Source: Chlorokybus atmophyticus (lineage: Eukaryota > Plantae > Mesostigma and Chlorokybus algae). From it: a stretch of DNA of 44,641 nt. The translations under genes were made by a program, and so were the position numbers. Numbering within the stretch: the first letter of the stretch is position 1; every line of letters starts with the position of its first letter. Shown here piece by piece: positions 11,601 through 24,860 of the stretch. The notes beneath the pieces were generated by a model. It was not told the DNA's origin and ran no database searches. It was given only the letters and a program-made list of their open reading frames with translations. The stretch spans positions 1 to 44,641 of the forward strand of contig RHPI01001611.1 of assembly GCA_009103225.1 (NCBI GenBank), written 5' to 3'.

Positions 11601-11785
11601 GCCGTTTGCTTGTCATGCCTTGATTATGCACATTTAGTAGGCTAGAAATATGCATGCTGGTTTTACAAAATCAACCACATGTGGTTGCAATCCACAAACC
11701 TGTCAACAGGCATGCAACAGCATACACTGTATGCATAGCATGCACGTAGCCGAATGCTCCAGTCGCAACCCCAGTAAACGTGAAC

Positions 11786-11875
11786 AGAACTATACTTTCT
11801 TTGACTTTACAATAAGCATACAGCTACAATAGAATTATACTTTCTTTGACTTTACAATAAGCATACAGCTACAAC
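11786..11875. repeat. 45-bp tandem duplication (second instance at 14061-14150)
   Basis: agaa(c/t)tatactttctttgactttacaataagcatacagctacaa occurs twice. Confidence 0.9.
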
Positions 11876-12499
11876 ACAACGACACACCTACCATCTGAAT
11901 CAATCACACAAGTTATGAAATATACGAATGCCACCTAAACACAGTAAAATGTGGCACATGCGCGTAACTCTCTTGCACACCTAGAGGACAACACCACAGA
12001 ATCACAATCTGGTACCTGTTGCCTTGGTAGCTGATTGGTAGCCAGCTCCTCACCCCATTGTCATTGCTGCCACACCTTGGCTGATTTGCGCAATTTGCAC
12101 GCGCGTATGTGTGTAACTATTGGTGTGCATAAGCGCGGCAAGGTGCAAGCTGAAGCGACTGTCAACGTCTGCATGTGAGTACACAGAAGTGAAATGTACT
12201 TGCGGACACATGCATGTATGCAGGCTTGCCTATACAAGCTGGCACTTTCAGACATCCACCTATGACTTTTGGAATTTAATGACCACGTAATGCTGGCTCA
12301 TAGGCCACACGGGTCAGTGGTCTATTAGCCAGCTTATAGCATGCCGTTTAAGCCACACTAGTCAGTGCAGTCCTTGAGCCAGCCTCATAGGCTGCACTGG
12401 ATAGTGTAGCCCATGAGGCTGCACTACCATAGCTGGTAGCCTAGCAAAAGTGTGTAGGTGTGCACATGCATGCACGCATGACAAAGAGCACTTGCATGN

Positions 12500-13033
12500 C
12501 ATGACCTTCATGCATACAGTTGCAACGTCTTGAACCGTTGTTTTCCACACGTCTTCATCCATGCTGCACTTTGTCCACAGCTTCCCCCCGTGATGCTCCC
12601 AGACTAAACCTGCTGAGACATTGTCAGATGCAGTATGGTCAGATTGAGGGACCCAAGGTTCACTAACTCCCGGTTGGTCACAAACACTATCGCATTGTAC
12701 CTGCTTTACTCTCACTGCATCGATGTCGTCAAGGGTGACACTATAGCAAACTGGCAAACAGTGTTCCCGGTCCAAAAATGTGCGGAGCTCTTGCATGCAA
12801 TACTTGTTGGTCAAGAACCCGGGAGACAGCACCACAACACCATATGTTGCTTTCTTCATGGCTGAGTCTATCCTTTTAGGCGAAAAAATGCCCATTCGCA
12901 ATGACGTATCGTCAAAGAATACCTGTAACTTCTGCCTCTCAAGCTCGTCCTTCAACCATGCACAAAAGCCCCTCTTTGTGTCTGGAACCCGATGAGAAAG
13001 AAAGACGTCGTAATGCTTATCTTGACCAGCCAT
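12500..13033 (-). pseudogene. Duplicate TIR-domain fragment (part of the 2275-bp duplication)
   Basis: Translation matches the N-terminal part of ORF 10054-10758 and breaks at the N at 12499. Confidence 0.8.
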
Positions 13034-13190
13034 GACTCCACCTCACACTGACAGTCCGCCACCACAATACGCCACCGTCAACGGTGACGCAGCGCTGCGC
13101 CAGGTCAAACGAACAATGTGAGGGCGCCCAGTCTAAACACAAGCTTGAAGTGAGTGGTTAAGCTGACACAAGCTGCTAAGCTAAACTTCA

Positions 13191-13875
13191 CACACGAAAT
13201 ATTTTCCACGGACCAACCCTGGTCCGCACGTACGGACCAGGACCAAAACGCCAAGGCGGCTTGGGGTCCGGACCAGGGTCGCCCTTCTTGGTCCGAATGC
13301 GGGGACCATGGCTGGTCCAAACAGTACGTAATTGTCCCACGGTCCCCCGAATTCTAGGCCAGCCCTGGTGCCGGTTGAACCGACAAAATTCAGACCGAGG
13401 CTGGTCCTTTTGCATGGACCATTATTGATGAACGAAGTGCGTCGCACGTCAATGAAGCCATGGTCCGAAGCGACGGACCATGGCTGGCGCGCTCTTATAA
13501 ACCCATGCATGGCGTGACCGCCGGTCATTAAGTTGAATGCGTTTGGGCCGGCTGCAGCCGGACCAGCATGAAGAAAAACCGATGATGGTTAAAAGTGCGG
13601 CAATGTAACTATGCTTTGGTGGCTAACTGCGGTCAGCCGCAGCAACTAAGCCGCAGCTGACCGCGGTTAGGCCGCTGCTGCTGGTGGCCTGGCGGGCGGC
13701 CTGGTACTCCACACAAAGAGCACCAGGCCACGCTGCAGGCCTGGTCATGCTGGCCTGGTAGCGACCAGGCCAGCATGACCAAGGCTAAGGGCTGCGCAGG
13801 CGCCAGGCCATGGCTTCTGGCGCTGCCACCGCTGCCCTGGCACCGACCAGGCCATGACGAGTAGATGGCCATGAG
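13191..13875. mobile_element. Second copy of the CAC/GGWCC TIR end, inside the 2275-bp duplication
   Basis: Matches 10916-11600 at offset 2275. Confidence 0.6.
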
Positions 13876-15896
13876 GCCGTTTGCTTGTCATGCCTTGATT
13901 ATGCACATTTAGTAGGCTAGAAATATGCATGCTGGTTTTACAAAATCAACCACATGTGGTTGCAATCCACAAACCTGTCAACAGGCATGCAACAGCATAC
14001 ACTGTATGCATAGCATGCACGTAGCCGAATGCTCCAGTCGCAACCCCAGTAAACGTGAACAGAACTATACTTTCTTTGACTTTACAATAAGCATACAGCT
14101 ACAATAGAATTATACTTTCTTTGACTTTACAATAAGCATACAGCTACAACACAACGACACACCTACCATCTGAATCAATCACACAAGTTATGAAATATAC
14201 GAATGCCACCTAAACACAGTAAAATGTGGCACATGCGCGTAACTCTCTTGCACACCTAGAGGACAACACCACAGAATCACAATCTGGTACCTGTTGCCTT
14301 GGTAGCTGATTGGTAGCCAGCTCCTCACCCCATTGTCATTGCTGCCACACCTTGGCTGATTTGCGCAATTTGCACGCGCGTATGTGTGTAACTATTGGTG
14401 TGCATAAGCGCGGCAAGGTGCAAGCTGAAGCGACTGTCAACGTCTGCATGTGAGTACACAGAAGTGAAATGTACTTGCGGACACATGCATGTATGCAGGC
14501 TTGCCTATACAAGCTGGCACTTTCAGACATCCACCTATGACTTTTGGAATTTAATGACCACGTAATGCTGGCTCATAGGCCACACGGGTCAGTGGTCTAT
14601 TAGCCAGCTTATAGCATGCCGTTTAAGCCACACTAGTCAGTGCAGTCCTTGAGCCAGCCTCATAGGCTGCACTGGATAGTGTAGCCCATGAGGCTGCACT
14701 ACCATAGCTGGTAGCCTAGCAAAAGTGTGTAGGTGTGCACATGCATGCACGCATGACAAAGAGCACTTGCATGCTTGCATGTGTGGACAGTGCGGTCTAT
14801 AAGCCTAATTGTAAGTGCGTGCGTGTACATTCACACATGAATCAGTTGTCTCGCAATAAACCTGGTGCCTGCGCGCATGCGCATGCGCGCAGGCACCACA
14901 AGCGCACCTTTAAGATGCTGGCGAGCATGGGCAGCTGGGGCGGGGTACTGCTTGCGTATGCGGAGCCTTCACTACACACCTCTGTCTTCTCAATAGCGGG
15001 CTGCTGATTGCCAGCTTGCGGAGCAGTCCGCATACCTGCACGTGTGCGTGCACGTGAGCGCATGCACGTGTGCCTGCCCATTCACGTGTGCGTGCACGCA
15101 TGCTTGTATGTGTGTGCACATCTCTTTCAGGAGGAAGAGGTGGGAGCCAGGGGGGGCAACACCTACTCACTGGCATAGTGTACACGCAGAATTTACTCAG
15201 CCAGTTCTGCGTGTATGAGCCAGCCTGCAACAACTGGCTAATGGGCCGCTATTCAGTGCGGCCCATTAGCCAATCAGCCAACTGCAACAAAGTATGTGTA
15301 TGTGTGTACATGCATGCGTGCATGGTGAAGCTTGCATGCCCATGAGCATGCGCTTGCGCGTGCATGTGCGTACGCGCACATATCCTCCCCCTTCCCTCCC
15401 CTTCCCCCTCCGCTTACCTTGAGATCCAGCAGTCAGCGCGATGCTGTGGGGGAATAAAGAGGGAGAAATACCTAATAGCACAGCACCGGATTGCCCACCC
15501 GTTCGACCTGTGGGAGTGATAGCTCGCACGCGTTAGTACTCATGTGCTGATGCCATAGCGCAAGGCTTGCCGCTTGCCGCAAGGCTTGTGTGCACTATAC
15601 GAGCACACGGAGTTGATCACAATGTGCGCACTGCTTGTATGTCTGCATGTAAGGGTGAAGCATGGCGTAGAGAGAGGGCACACCCACGTGCATATGTGAG
15701 GTATCAAGTGTGCATACAAGTGTAATAGCATGTGCGCTCAAGTATATGCATTCCTGAGCGTACCAGTTGAGCATTACCACCTGAGCGTCCGCCTTCTTGG
15801 CTCGCTGTCATCTGCGCCGCGTGTTGCCCAACAGCAGCAGCCTGCATATTACATTAGAAGCAGCATTGTCCATAGTCGGACGCAGTCTTGACAATT

Positions 15897-15974
15897 CCAG
15901 ACAGCCGCCTATGACTTCTGCATGTAGTGATCAGATTGGTCACTAGATTCCAGAAGTCATAGGCGGCTGTCTGG
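15897..15974. repeat. Perfect 24-bp inverted repeat with 30-nt structured loop
   Basis: ccagacagccgcctatgacttctg ... cagaagtcataggcggctgtctgg. Confidence 0.95.
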
Positions 15975-16619
15975 CTTGATCGCTGGCTCGTAGGCCGCAC
16001 TAGTCAACGATCTGAGCCAGCTTATAGGCTGCACTAGACAGCCTATGAGGCTACACTATCAAGTGCAGGTAGCCAACAAATGTGTGTATGCGTGCTTGCC
16101 TGCGTGTGACAATGAGCGCTTACGTGCTTGCATGCGCATGCCTGTGTGGACAGTGCTATGTAGGTCTATGAGACAATTGTAACAAGTGTGTGTATGTCTG
16201 TACGTGCATGCGTGTGTGCCAAGAGCCCGCAAGAAAATAAGATAGAGTAAGAGAACATGCTTCTTGCACGCACATGCCCGCGTGCGTGCACTTACACTTG
16301 CGCGTGTGTATGCGCAAGCGAACGCATGCTTGGGTGCGTGCGTGCTTGCTGAGTGCTTGACCATGCACACCTGTTCAGGGTCCACCGCTAATGTTCCGCG
16401 TCAGCTTCAGACCTTCATTGTCGATCTTCAAGGCTCCCTAAGCCTAGGTAAATGCTTGGGCTGCTCTGTTACACCTTTATGCTTGCTGAGTGCTTCAACG
16501 ACAACTATTGGCGGTGCGTTGATCATGTCTTCTAGAGGCAGGTCCGCATGCAGCTTCTTTGAAGCGCATGCGCCCATGTCCAGCTTGCGCTGCACACTGA
16601 CAGCAGAAAAAGCGTCCTC

Positions 16620-16666
16620 GGGTGCCGCATGCTCCTCATCCTCAGGATGAGGAGCATGCGGCACCC
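16620..16666. repeat. 47-bp palindrome (23-bp arms, 1-nt centre)
   Basis: gggtgccgcatgctcctcatcct-c-aggatgaggagcatgcggcaccc. Confidence 0.95.
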
Positions 16667-18516
16667 AAGGAGGGCGTGCCGCGGACATCCACAATAACAG
16701 CTGAGCCTCAGGTGCCGGCGGCCGCATGTCACCTTCAGTGAGCCTGAGGGGCCGATAACAGCGCCTGAGCACACAAACATGGTGGCGAGACTTTGTGACA
16801 AACTGAATGCGACTCACTAGCCCATCATCGGATGAGCGAGTGAGTGAGTGCATACGTGCACAAATGAGCGAGTGAGTGAGTCAGAAATGGGATGAGTCAA
16901 TGCAGGGTGAGTGAGTGAGAGAGGTAAAGAAGTGAGCGAGTGAGTGGTTGGACCTGCGATAGGAGTGCCGTGCGTAGCGTGAGTGAGGGCGACCATGCGT
17001 CTTTGAGGACGTCCGGGCAGATAGTCCTTGTTCGCGCTGCTGATGTTGATGCCTGCATGTGTATGCATGGTTGGGGAAATAACAGTTAGTAGCAGCATGT
17101 ACGTCCTGCCACTGCTACCGCCACCGCCACCGCCGCAGCAGGAGGTTAGTATAGCAAGGTACGGTTTTCAATGCTGTTCAAGCTGGTCGACCTTAGGCTT
17201 TGCTCACCTAGTGTCCGTGTCGGTGTCCGTGACTGTGTGTGTTCTCAATAATTCTCACATAACCAGCAGGCGGCTGCACTGAGGCTGCGGCCAAGCCTGA
17301 CACTCAGCTGAACGGTTGACATCCACTAGAGTGCTCGTTCGCTTGCACATGCGTTTTTCATCACACGATGCTAAGCAATTGTCCTGCCATGGCACCACGA
17401 CTAACCAACGCCAGCACCCCTAGCTTGCACCAAGTGACATACGCGTCTTTGAAGTATTGCATGACTGATCTGCGTGTGACTAGCTAGCTAGCATGCTGCT
17501 CTGGCAGGTGTGCTTGCCCCTACCAAAGTCCGCACACGACCACAAATGGCAACGCACCTTCGCCCGGTGCGCTGAAGTCAGTGTCTTTAGCTGCGCTTTG
17601 GGCTCCTTCCATCCAACGCGCTTGTCCCACCCCAGCTTGCATGAGTTGTCGTCGCCCCTCCGTTTCTCGCCTTCCGCCACTGCTCGCTCTGGTGCACGAC
17701 CATGCCGCCCGCTGCGTCCTCTAACACGATGTGGAGCCAGGCAGCATGACAAAGTGCCGCAGAGTGTAAATCCAGATCAGTGAATAAGTTGAACGGAGTC
17801 GAACCTGTCACGCATTAACAATGTCATGACTGCATTAGGCGCCAAACAGCCTACCAGTACCGGTCGCAGTGCTAGGCCTACACACAGATGCCATAAAATC
17901 CGCGGCGTATAGCTTGTATGGTAGGGTAAATGTCCCATACTTGGGGACGTTTCCGGGTTTTAAGTGTATACTGGCCGCGTTGTTCGGCTGTTGACCATGT
18001 TTGATGACGCAATAACTATAGCGTGTAATGAATTAGCGTGAAATGGTAGAGTGGATTAGTTAGAACGAGGGTGAGTAGTGGCGGCATGTCTTTGGGGTAT
18101 GGGGTCTGCCCCGACCTCGGACCGCTAAAAACGCGGCCGTTTTAACCACGAACTGTGCTGCAATTGCACCGAATTCCTAGCAATGTTGGGTCACCGTTGG
18201 TAAACAGTTGCCGTTGAGATAGTTTTCAGCATCTTTTATGCATCTCTGCAATGATTGGCTAATTCGCTGCCTTTTTCAGCAACGGCTGTTGTCACCGTTG
18301 CGATCCCATTTAATCATATTCATGCTTGACCAAATGGTGGCCTAACGATGCAATTTTTTGTTTGAATAAATCTTGACGTTAAGGCAATTTATATTAGCAT
18401 TATTTAATAATTATAACCTTGGCATTACTTACTAAAAATCTTAGCACGTACCGTGGCGTGAACGTTACGTTTAATACTAAGTTTCGTAACACTTAATAGC
18501 AGGTTGCTAGCCATGT

Positions 18517-18577
18517 TGCTTCATATCGCAACATATGTGCTTCATATCGCAACATATGTGCTTCATATTGCAACACA
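18517..18577. repeat. 21-bp tandem repeat, about 3 units
   Basis: tgcttcatatcgcaacatatg twice plus a degenerate third unit. Confidence 0.9.
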
Positions 18578-19128
18578 TCATAGATATTGTTTGCCACCTT
18601 ACATAAGTGTGTTACATCTCAAATCATATAGGCCATATGCAACAATATGCCGGCATGTGCATCGTGCACGTTGTACTCATTATTGATATGTATTTGCATA
18701 TATTTTGAGCAGTTGCATGAAGTGGGGATGTGCTTTGGACGGTCAAGATCTATATTTGACAGATCGAACGGTTGATAATTGATAAACGCCGCCTAGCCAA
18801 TGAGCGGCATGCAGGCCGCGCAGCCCGGCAGTTGCGGGTGCCGCATGTGATGCCCTTGGGGTTGAGGTTTGCGTGTGCCCTAATGCCGGCCGCCCCGCTC
18901 AATCAGCCGCACCGCTCGTTGATTTTTTTACGAACATATCTATTAGTTTTGTGTAGCTTAGGTTTTTTCCTACACAGCCATATTTCTTTGGCAAATTTTG
19001 GCCCATTATAATGGGAGATACGGGTGGGAGGTAAGGGTGTCCGGTTTAAAATTAGATTAAAATGATCTAGCCCTAAGTTGGGGACTTACAAAACGCCCGT
19101 GGTTTTCTTAAATGAAATTTCAAATCCG

Positions 19129-19527
19129 TGTAAGAAGAGGGGGTGCTCCCTCCTCCCTTTAATCCCCTACCCCAACACCGCCACCAGCCACGACGCCGTT
19201 ACCGCCGCCGCCAGGGCAACTGCCGAAGCAGAACATCACCTGGCTATGGCGGCCGTACTTATCTGTAACACTGATATCAACATGAGACTCTTGAGACTCA
19301 TATCAGCTGCGTTGGCGGTCACTGCGTTAGCAGCGCCGCCATGCGGCTGATATGAGTCTCAAGAGTTTCATGTCGATATCAGTGTTACAGATCTGTAACA
19401 CTACATTAGAGCCTTAACATAGGTTAACGGCCCTAATATGGCTTAATAGGCTTTATAATTCCATTGGGACCCTTATTTAATCTTACATAAGGGCGGGGAA
19501 CCTCTATGGAGGTAGCACACCGTTACA
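19129..19527 (-). repeat. Gypsy 3' LTR (TGTAA...TTACA), preceded on the minus strand by the polypurine tract AAGTGGGGAGGAA (19528-19540)
   Basis: Terminal TG/CA, adjacent polypurine tract, and homology to 25930-26259. Confidence 0.92.
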
Positions 19528-19649
19528 TTCCTCCCCACTTAGGTTTCAATGTCCTCATTGAAGGGTTAGCAAAGCCCCACCACGAGTAAAAAAACGAAAG
19601 TAGTCAGAGAACCAGGACCGAAGCGGTAAAGATGTCTGCTAGCACCCTT

Positions 19650-22600
19650 TTACCGTCCGCGTGTGGACACAGTACTCCAGTACCCCCGAAGAATCTCCAA
19701 GCAGTTGGTAAGATTCCTTTCGGGCTCCTATGTATTGTGCTCAACACCATACCCTTTCCATTTCACCAAATAAGACGGCGCGCGTCCGCGTCGAGGCTTA
19801 CGATAACTCAGGATTGCTTCCACCTCATACTCAAAAGTATCGTCGCCATCCACTGTAACGGGGGGTGGAGGAGGTTGAGCCCGACCGTCAGAACGGTACG
19901 GTTTCAATACACTTACATGAAACATTGTGAATGCGTATCGACTTTGGCAATTCTAAACGATACGCGTAAGTGCCGACTCAATCAATTACTTTGTAAAGGG
20001 CTTATCCAGCGAGGGAAAAACATGCGGGTACCCACTCCCTTGATGGATATGTTTTTGGTGCTGAGACCGAACAGCCCACTTCGTAGTTGGCCTCTCTACG
20101 ATGCGCACCAGCATGAGCTTTTTGTCTGTCTTGCGCTGTGCGCAGATAGTCCTTCGCCAACGCTAACCTATCCTGCATGGCCGAAGCCGTCTCGCGCGCT
20201 GCAGGTACGCGAGTTATGTCGGTAGCGGGCAACTTAATGGTCGCAGCAATCAGTGGATGCACTCCGTAATCCAAGAAGAACGGGGTTTCTTGCACACTCT
20301 CTTGCCATGCATTGTTAATCGCAAACTCAGCCATTGGCAGATAGACATCCCAATCAGACTGGTTTGGACTCACATAATGCCGGATGGTTTCCTCAATCAC
20401 CTAATTGGCGCGCTCTGTCTGACTATCCGTCTGTGGATGGTAAGCTGTGCTCATGTTCTGCTGAATATGTAAAAAGCTGCAAAGCGACTTCCAGAACTAA
20501 GCTACATATTGCGGATCGCGATCAGACACAAAGTGGCGAGGCAATCCATGGAACTTAAACACAGAGGCGACAAAAACCATCGCTAACTCATGGGAGTCTG
20601 TTTCCGTGCGGCAAGGGACAGTGTGAACCATTTCTGTTAAACGGTTCACAAAAATTGCGACTGCAGTGTGCCCTAATGCTGTCTCCGGAGCTCAGTCCAT
20701 ACTCACATTTTCCCATTTGCCATCAGGAACCGGCAAAGGTCGCAGCAACCCAGCGGGTTTCTGATGTAACGGCTTGTCACGCTAACATTTGTCACACGTG
20801 TCAACATAATGCTTCACGTCAACAGGCAACGATGGCCACCAGTACAATAGTTGCGCTGCCTTAATAGTCTTGCGACCCCCTCGAGTGCCCAGCATACGGT
20901 GGATCGTGTATTTCAGCTATGCATTTCATGCGCAACCCAGCATGGTCAGGTATCACCAAGCTGGCGCCCATATATGAGTTGTCTCTTTTGTCAAGCTCTT
21001 GTACATTCTCTTGTATGGAGAACCATGGGTCTAATGCATACCCCTGTAAAACAGCTTGCACAAACTCATCATCAGGAGGCAATGTACCCTGCGTTGCAAG
21101 CAACTGCGCACGCATAACTGCCAACAATGACGGACAGCGACTCAAAGGATCTGCCACGTTGGTCCTGCCCGGCAGGTATACCCATTCAAAGGTAAACCGC
21201 GACAGGAATTCATTCCAGCGAGCTTGCCTACGCGGAAAGTTTAGCTGTGTTGAGAAGTACACCAACGGGTTGTGATCAGTCACCACTGTGAGTTGAACTC
21301 CCTCCAAGTAACATCGCCATGTTTCAAGAGCATGCACTATACCAAGCAATTCCTGCTCAGTGGTAGTGTAGTTCACCTCTGCTGGGATGAATTTCCTACT
21401 CTTTTAAGCACATGGTCGGCCATTCTGTAGCAATACTGCACCACACCCAAGGGTGGAGGCATCGCTAATCACAGTGAAGTGTTTATTCCAATTTGGCAAT
21501 GCCAATGATGGTGCCGAAGTCAAAGCCAGCTTCACAGTTTCCTGTGCTGCTGTCCAAGAGAATGGGGCATCCTTTCGCAACAGTTTTGTCAAAGGCACCA
21601 CAACTGTAGAGTACCCCATCATAAACTTGCGAAAGTACTTTGCCAACCCCAAGAATGATCGCAATTGATGGATACTCTTAGGTTGAGGCCAATCTTCTAC
21701 CACTTGCACTTTGCGAGGGTCAGGTTTGACACACGCACCACTCACAATATGCCATAAGAATAGCAACTCTGTCTTGCAAAAGTCACACTTTGACGAGTTG
21801 GCAAACAAGCAATATGTTCGCAGTAAAGCGAACACTGCTTCTGAATGCCTTTTGTGCTCTTCTTTTGTTTTACTTAAGACAATAATGTCATTCAAGTAAA
21901 CCATAACATGCTTGCCCAGCACGTTACCAAAAATTTTAATTATTTCCTTCTGAAACACCGCAGGTACATTTGTCAGTCCAATTTGCAAATGTAACACTTT
22001 GTACTGATAATGACCTGAAGGTGTTTTGAATGCTGTCTTGTAACATCAGAAGGGTGAATACGGATTTGATGATAACCGCTTGTCAAGTCTAGCGTATTAA
22101 AATACGTATTCCCCGACAGCTTATCAAACACATCATCAGTCCGTGGTAACGGGTATTGATTCTTTACCGTGATCTTGTTCAAAGCACGATAATCTACACA
22201 CATGCGCAATTTCCCATTGTTTATCATCACAAACAAAATGGGTGCGCCAAAGGGTGAAGAACTTGGTGCAATTAATCTATTCTCCAACAACTCCTTGATT
22301 TGAGTTTCCATTTCCCCCCTCTCATTGAGGCTGAGCCTATATATAGGCCGGAACGGAGGTTCACTATCAGGAAGTAATGGTATTGTGTGCCCGACACCTC
22401 GATCAGGGGGTGAGCCTGGCAACGCGTCTGAGAATATGTCCTGATTTTTCTCAATGATGTCTGCAACACCTTTCGTAATGCCTGGCACAAAGTCATCAGA
22501 CGACGTTAAGTGCACCAGGAAAGCCGGTGTGTTTTTACGCAACGCACGCTTCATTTGCAGTGCGGTGAGAAGCGCGGGGTCAGATTGCTTATGTACCAAG

Positions 22601-23100
22601 CTATGGGACCCTCTCACAGACAGCGTCACTCGTTTACGACCCTTTTTCAATGTGCACATCATGCACCAGTATCCAATGTCATTTTGACACTTTCCTGCCA
22701 TTCCTGTCCGAGTACCACATTAACACCAGCCATGTTGATGGACACCATTATGAAGGTGAGGTTGGCATGATAGCTACCAATCTTTACCTTCATTTTGGCT
22801 TCTCCCTTCACTGGCAATGTACCCCCAGGACCGACAGCTGAAAATAGTGAGGGTTTACACGCTATTTTCAGCTGTCGGTCCTGGCACAACCCATTGTTCC
22901 TCAATAAAGTTGTGTGTTGCACCAGTGTCAATGAAGAACGAACTGGTTATTCCTTGCATTGTGCCACTGAATGTCCACAACAAAGGTACAACCCGTCCTT
23001 GAAAAGTAGCCAAGAGTCCGCGACTAATGCGAGGGTTGAGTAAAATCGCTAACAATCGCACTGTCCCTGTTTCACGCTTGCTAAATTGCTTCAACACAGT
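19650..23100 (-). pseudogene. pol: Gypsy pol (protease-RT-RNase H-integrase-chromodomain) with many frameshifts and stops
   Basis: FFIDTGATHNFI (protease). RMCVDYRALNK, DLTSGYHQI and VYLNDIIV (RT). ISDASTLGCGAVL, EQELLGIV and TDHNPL (RNase H). EETIRHYVSPNQSDW (integrase). YEVEAIL...YLVKWKGY (chromodomain). Confidence 0.93.
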
Positions 23101-23401
23101 TCCCCCTCGAGTGTGTTTCAACCATGGGCCATGATATTTAGGCACCATCACTACCACTTAAGGTTCTGTGCTTACTTTGCAACTCACTCAAAGTGTGCAA
23201 CACATCGGTAAGCATGTTAAACTCCGCATGTACCAACACACAAGCATTCTCTTCCACCTTTTCAACATCAAAAAGTGGCAACTTGCTATGTGCTTGCCAT
23301 GCATGTGTCATTACATGCACTTGGGACAGCTCATCAAACCAGTTTGCTACTAGTACAAGCAACTGGTTATCAACCACTTGAACATTAATCACGGCGTAAT
23401 C

Positions 23402-24860
23402 CTATTCAACCTTCTTGGCCTTGCCCTTCCCTTCGGTTGGGCAGTTCTTTGCGATGTGGCCAGGCTGATGACAGATGTAACAGGTGCGAGCCGCAGCAGG
23501 CATGGCACCACCAGCAGGTGCGCCACTGGTAGAAGCAGCTAATGTCTTCGCCTTCTTTGCCAGGTGTGCACTCGGATGAGAGAAACGCTTTCCTCCCACC
23601 CCCAGCGGCTTGGCCGAAACTGCCACATGTGACTTGTCCTGCACCGCCGTGTCATTATTGTACAGGTACATGCTCAGCTTCTACAGCTTGGCCAAGTCCT
23701 CTGGAAGCCAAGGAAGTCCCGTTGCCGTGTTGTAGTGCAGCTGATCACGCATATGCGCATCCAAGCCGCGTTTGTACAACTCAAACTGCTCGGTCTTGTC
23801 CATGGGCATGAGGCCGCTGTTTGCACGACCCACCAATGCCTGAAACTCCTGCAGATAGGTTGAGGCCGCCCGACCATTCTGGCGCAACTTGCTGAGCTTG
23901 TTGCGAGCCTGAGTAGCCGGGTCCATGCCACCATAGCGTTCTGTCAGGAACTGGAAAAGTGCCTCCACTGTTTTGGAAGCACCATCTTCTGTCTGCCTCG
24001 CCCATTCGGCGAGAGCATCAGATGGCATGAGCAACTCAGCAATAGCCATGTGCTCATTAACCGGGCGCTTGAGTGCCGTCAAGTAATGCTCGACAGTGAC
24101 CACCCAGTTGTGAATACTGACGCTGCCGTTAGGCTTGAACTTCTCAGGCTTGTTTAGCACTGTAACCGGCAGCCCCGCTGATGTACCAGCTGCTGAAGTA
24201 GCACGCGCCACCTGTTGGCGCAGCGCCACTAACTCAGACTGTATAGCATCGAGGCGTGCCGTCAACTGCACTAGAGTACTCGGCCAGTCAACTTGTCTTC
24301 CAAGTTAGGTCCCAAGTACCAGAATACGTCCTTGCAACGCTGTAAGGTTTCCACTCCCAAGTTGGCTAAAGCCTCAAACGCCATTCGCTTGCCTTCGCAA
24401 GGGAGAGGCTTATCATATACGGTCATGATAGCAGCCATCTTTTAATCACCTCGCACGAGTGGCGGGATGTTGTTTGCCAACTCATGTTCAAGCATGCGGA
24501 TCACCATCTGCTTGCTTGCACGAGGGAGTGTGGCAAAGTCTGTCTCATAGCCATCACGAACCGTTTGCGCCCATGCATCCCACGTTTCCTGACGAAGCTG
24601 AGGGTGGGCAGCATGTAGAGCTTTACGCTCTGAGGCATACTTTTCAATGGCCCCGCCAATAACACTCTGTGTGTCCACTGCAGCTGGTCCACTTTGAGAA
24701 GACTGTTTGGGAGAAGCTTTGCCGTCTTGCTTAGCTCCTTCCTCCTCACTGTCAGTAAGCTTATAGCTTTCACTCGTATCAGAGTAGTTCACTTCCTCTT
24801 CACTCGATGGCTCATATGATGTGGACTTCTCCACATCATCCCCTCCTTGGCCAGACATCT
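23402..24860 (-). pseudogene. gag: Gypsy gag with acidic N-terminal extension and CCHC zinc knuckle; disrupted
   Basis: ORFs 24442-24906, 23681-24271 (KPEKF...LRQNGRAASTYLQEF) and 23402-23671 (CYICHQPGHIAKNC). Confidence 0.85.

Larger units (their letters stand above)
10225..14773. repeat. 2275-bp tandem duplication with a single N at the junction (12499); possible assembly artefact
   Basis: 10225-12498 looks identical to 12500-14773; every ORF recurs at offset 2275. GCATG microhomology at the join. Confidence 0.9.
14326..17740 (-). other. Spliced minus-strand locus of unknown function (short exons, CA/GCAT-rich introns); possibly 5' exons of the TIR-NB-ARC locus
   Basis: Exon-like blocks bounded by AG/GT on the minus strand at about 14910-15033, 15419-15471, 15781-15841 and 16372-16765. 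The 5' end (17500-17740) is homologous to 37780-38025. Confidence 0.4.
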
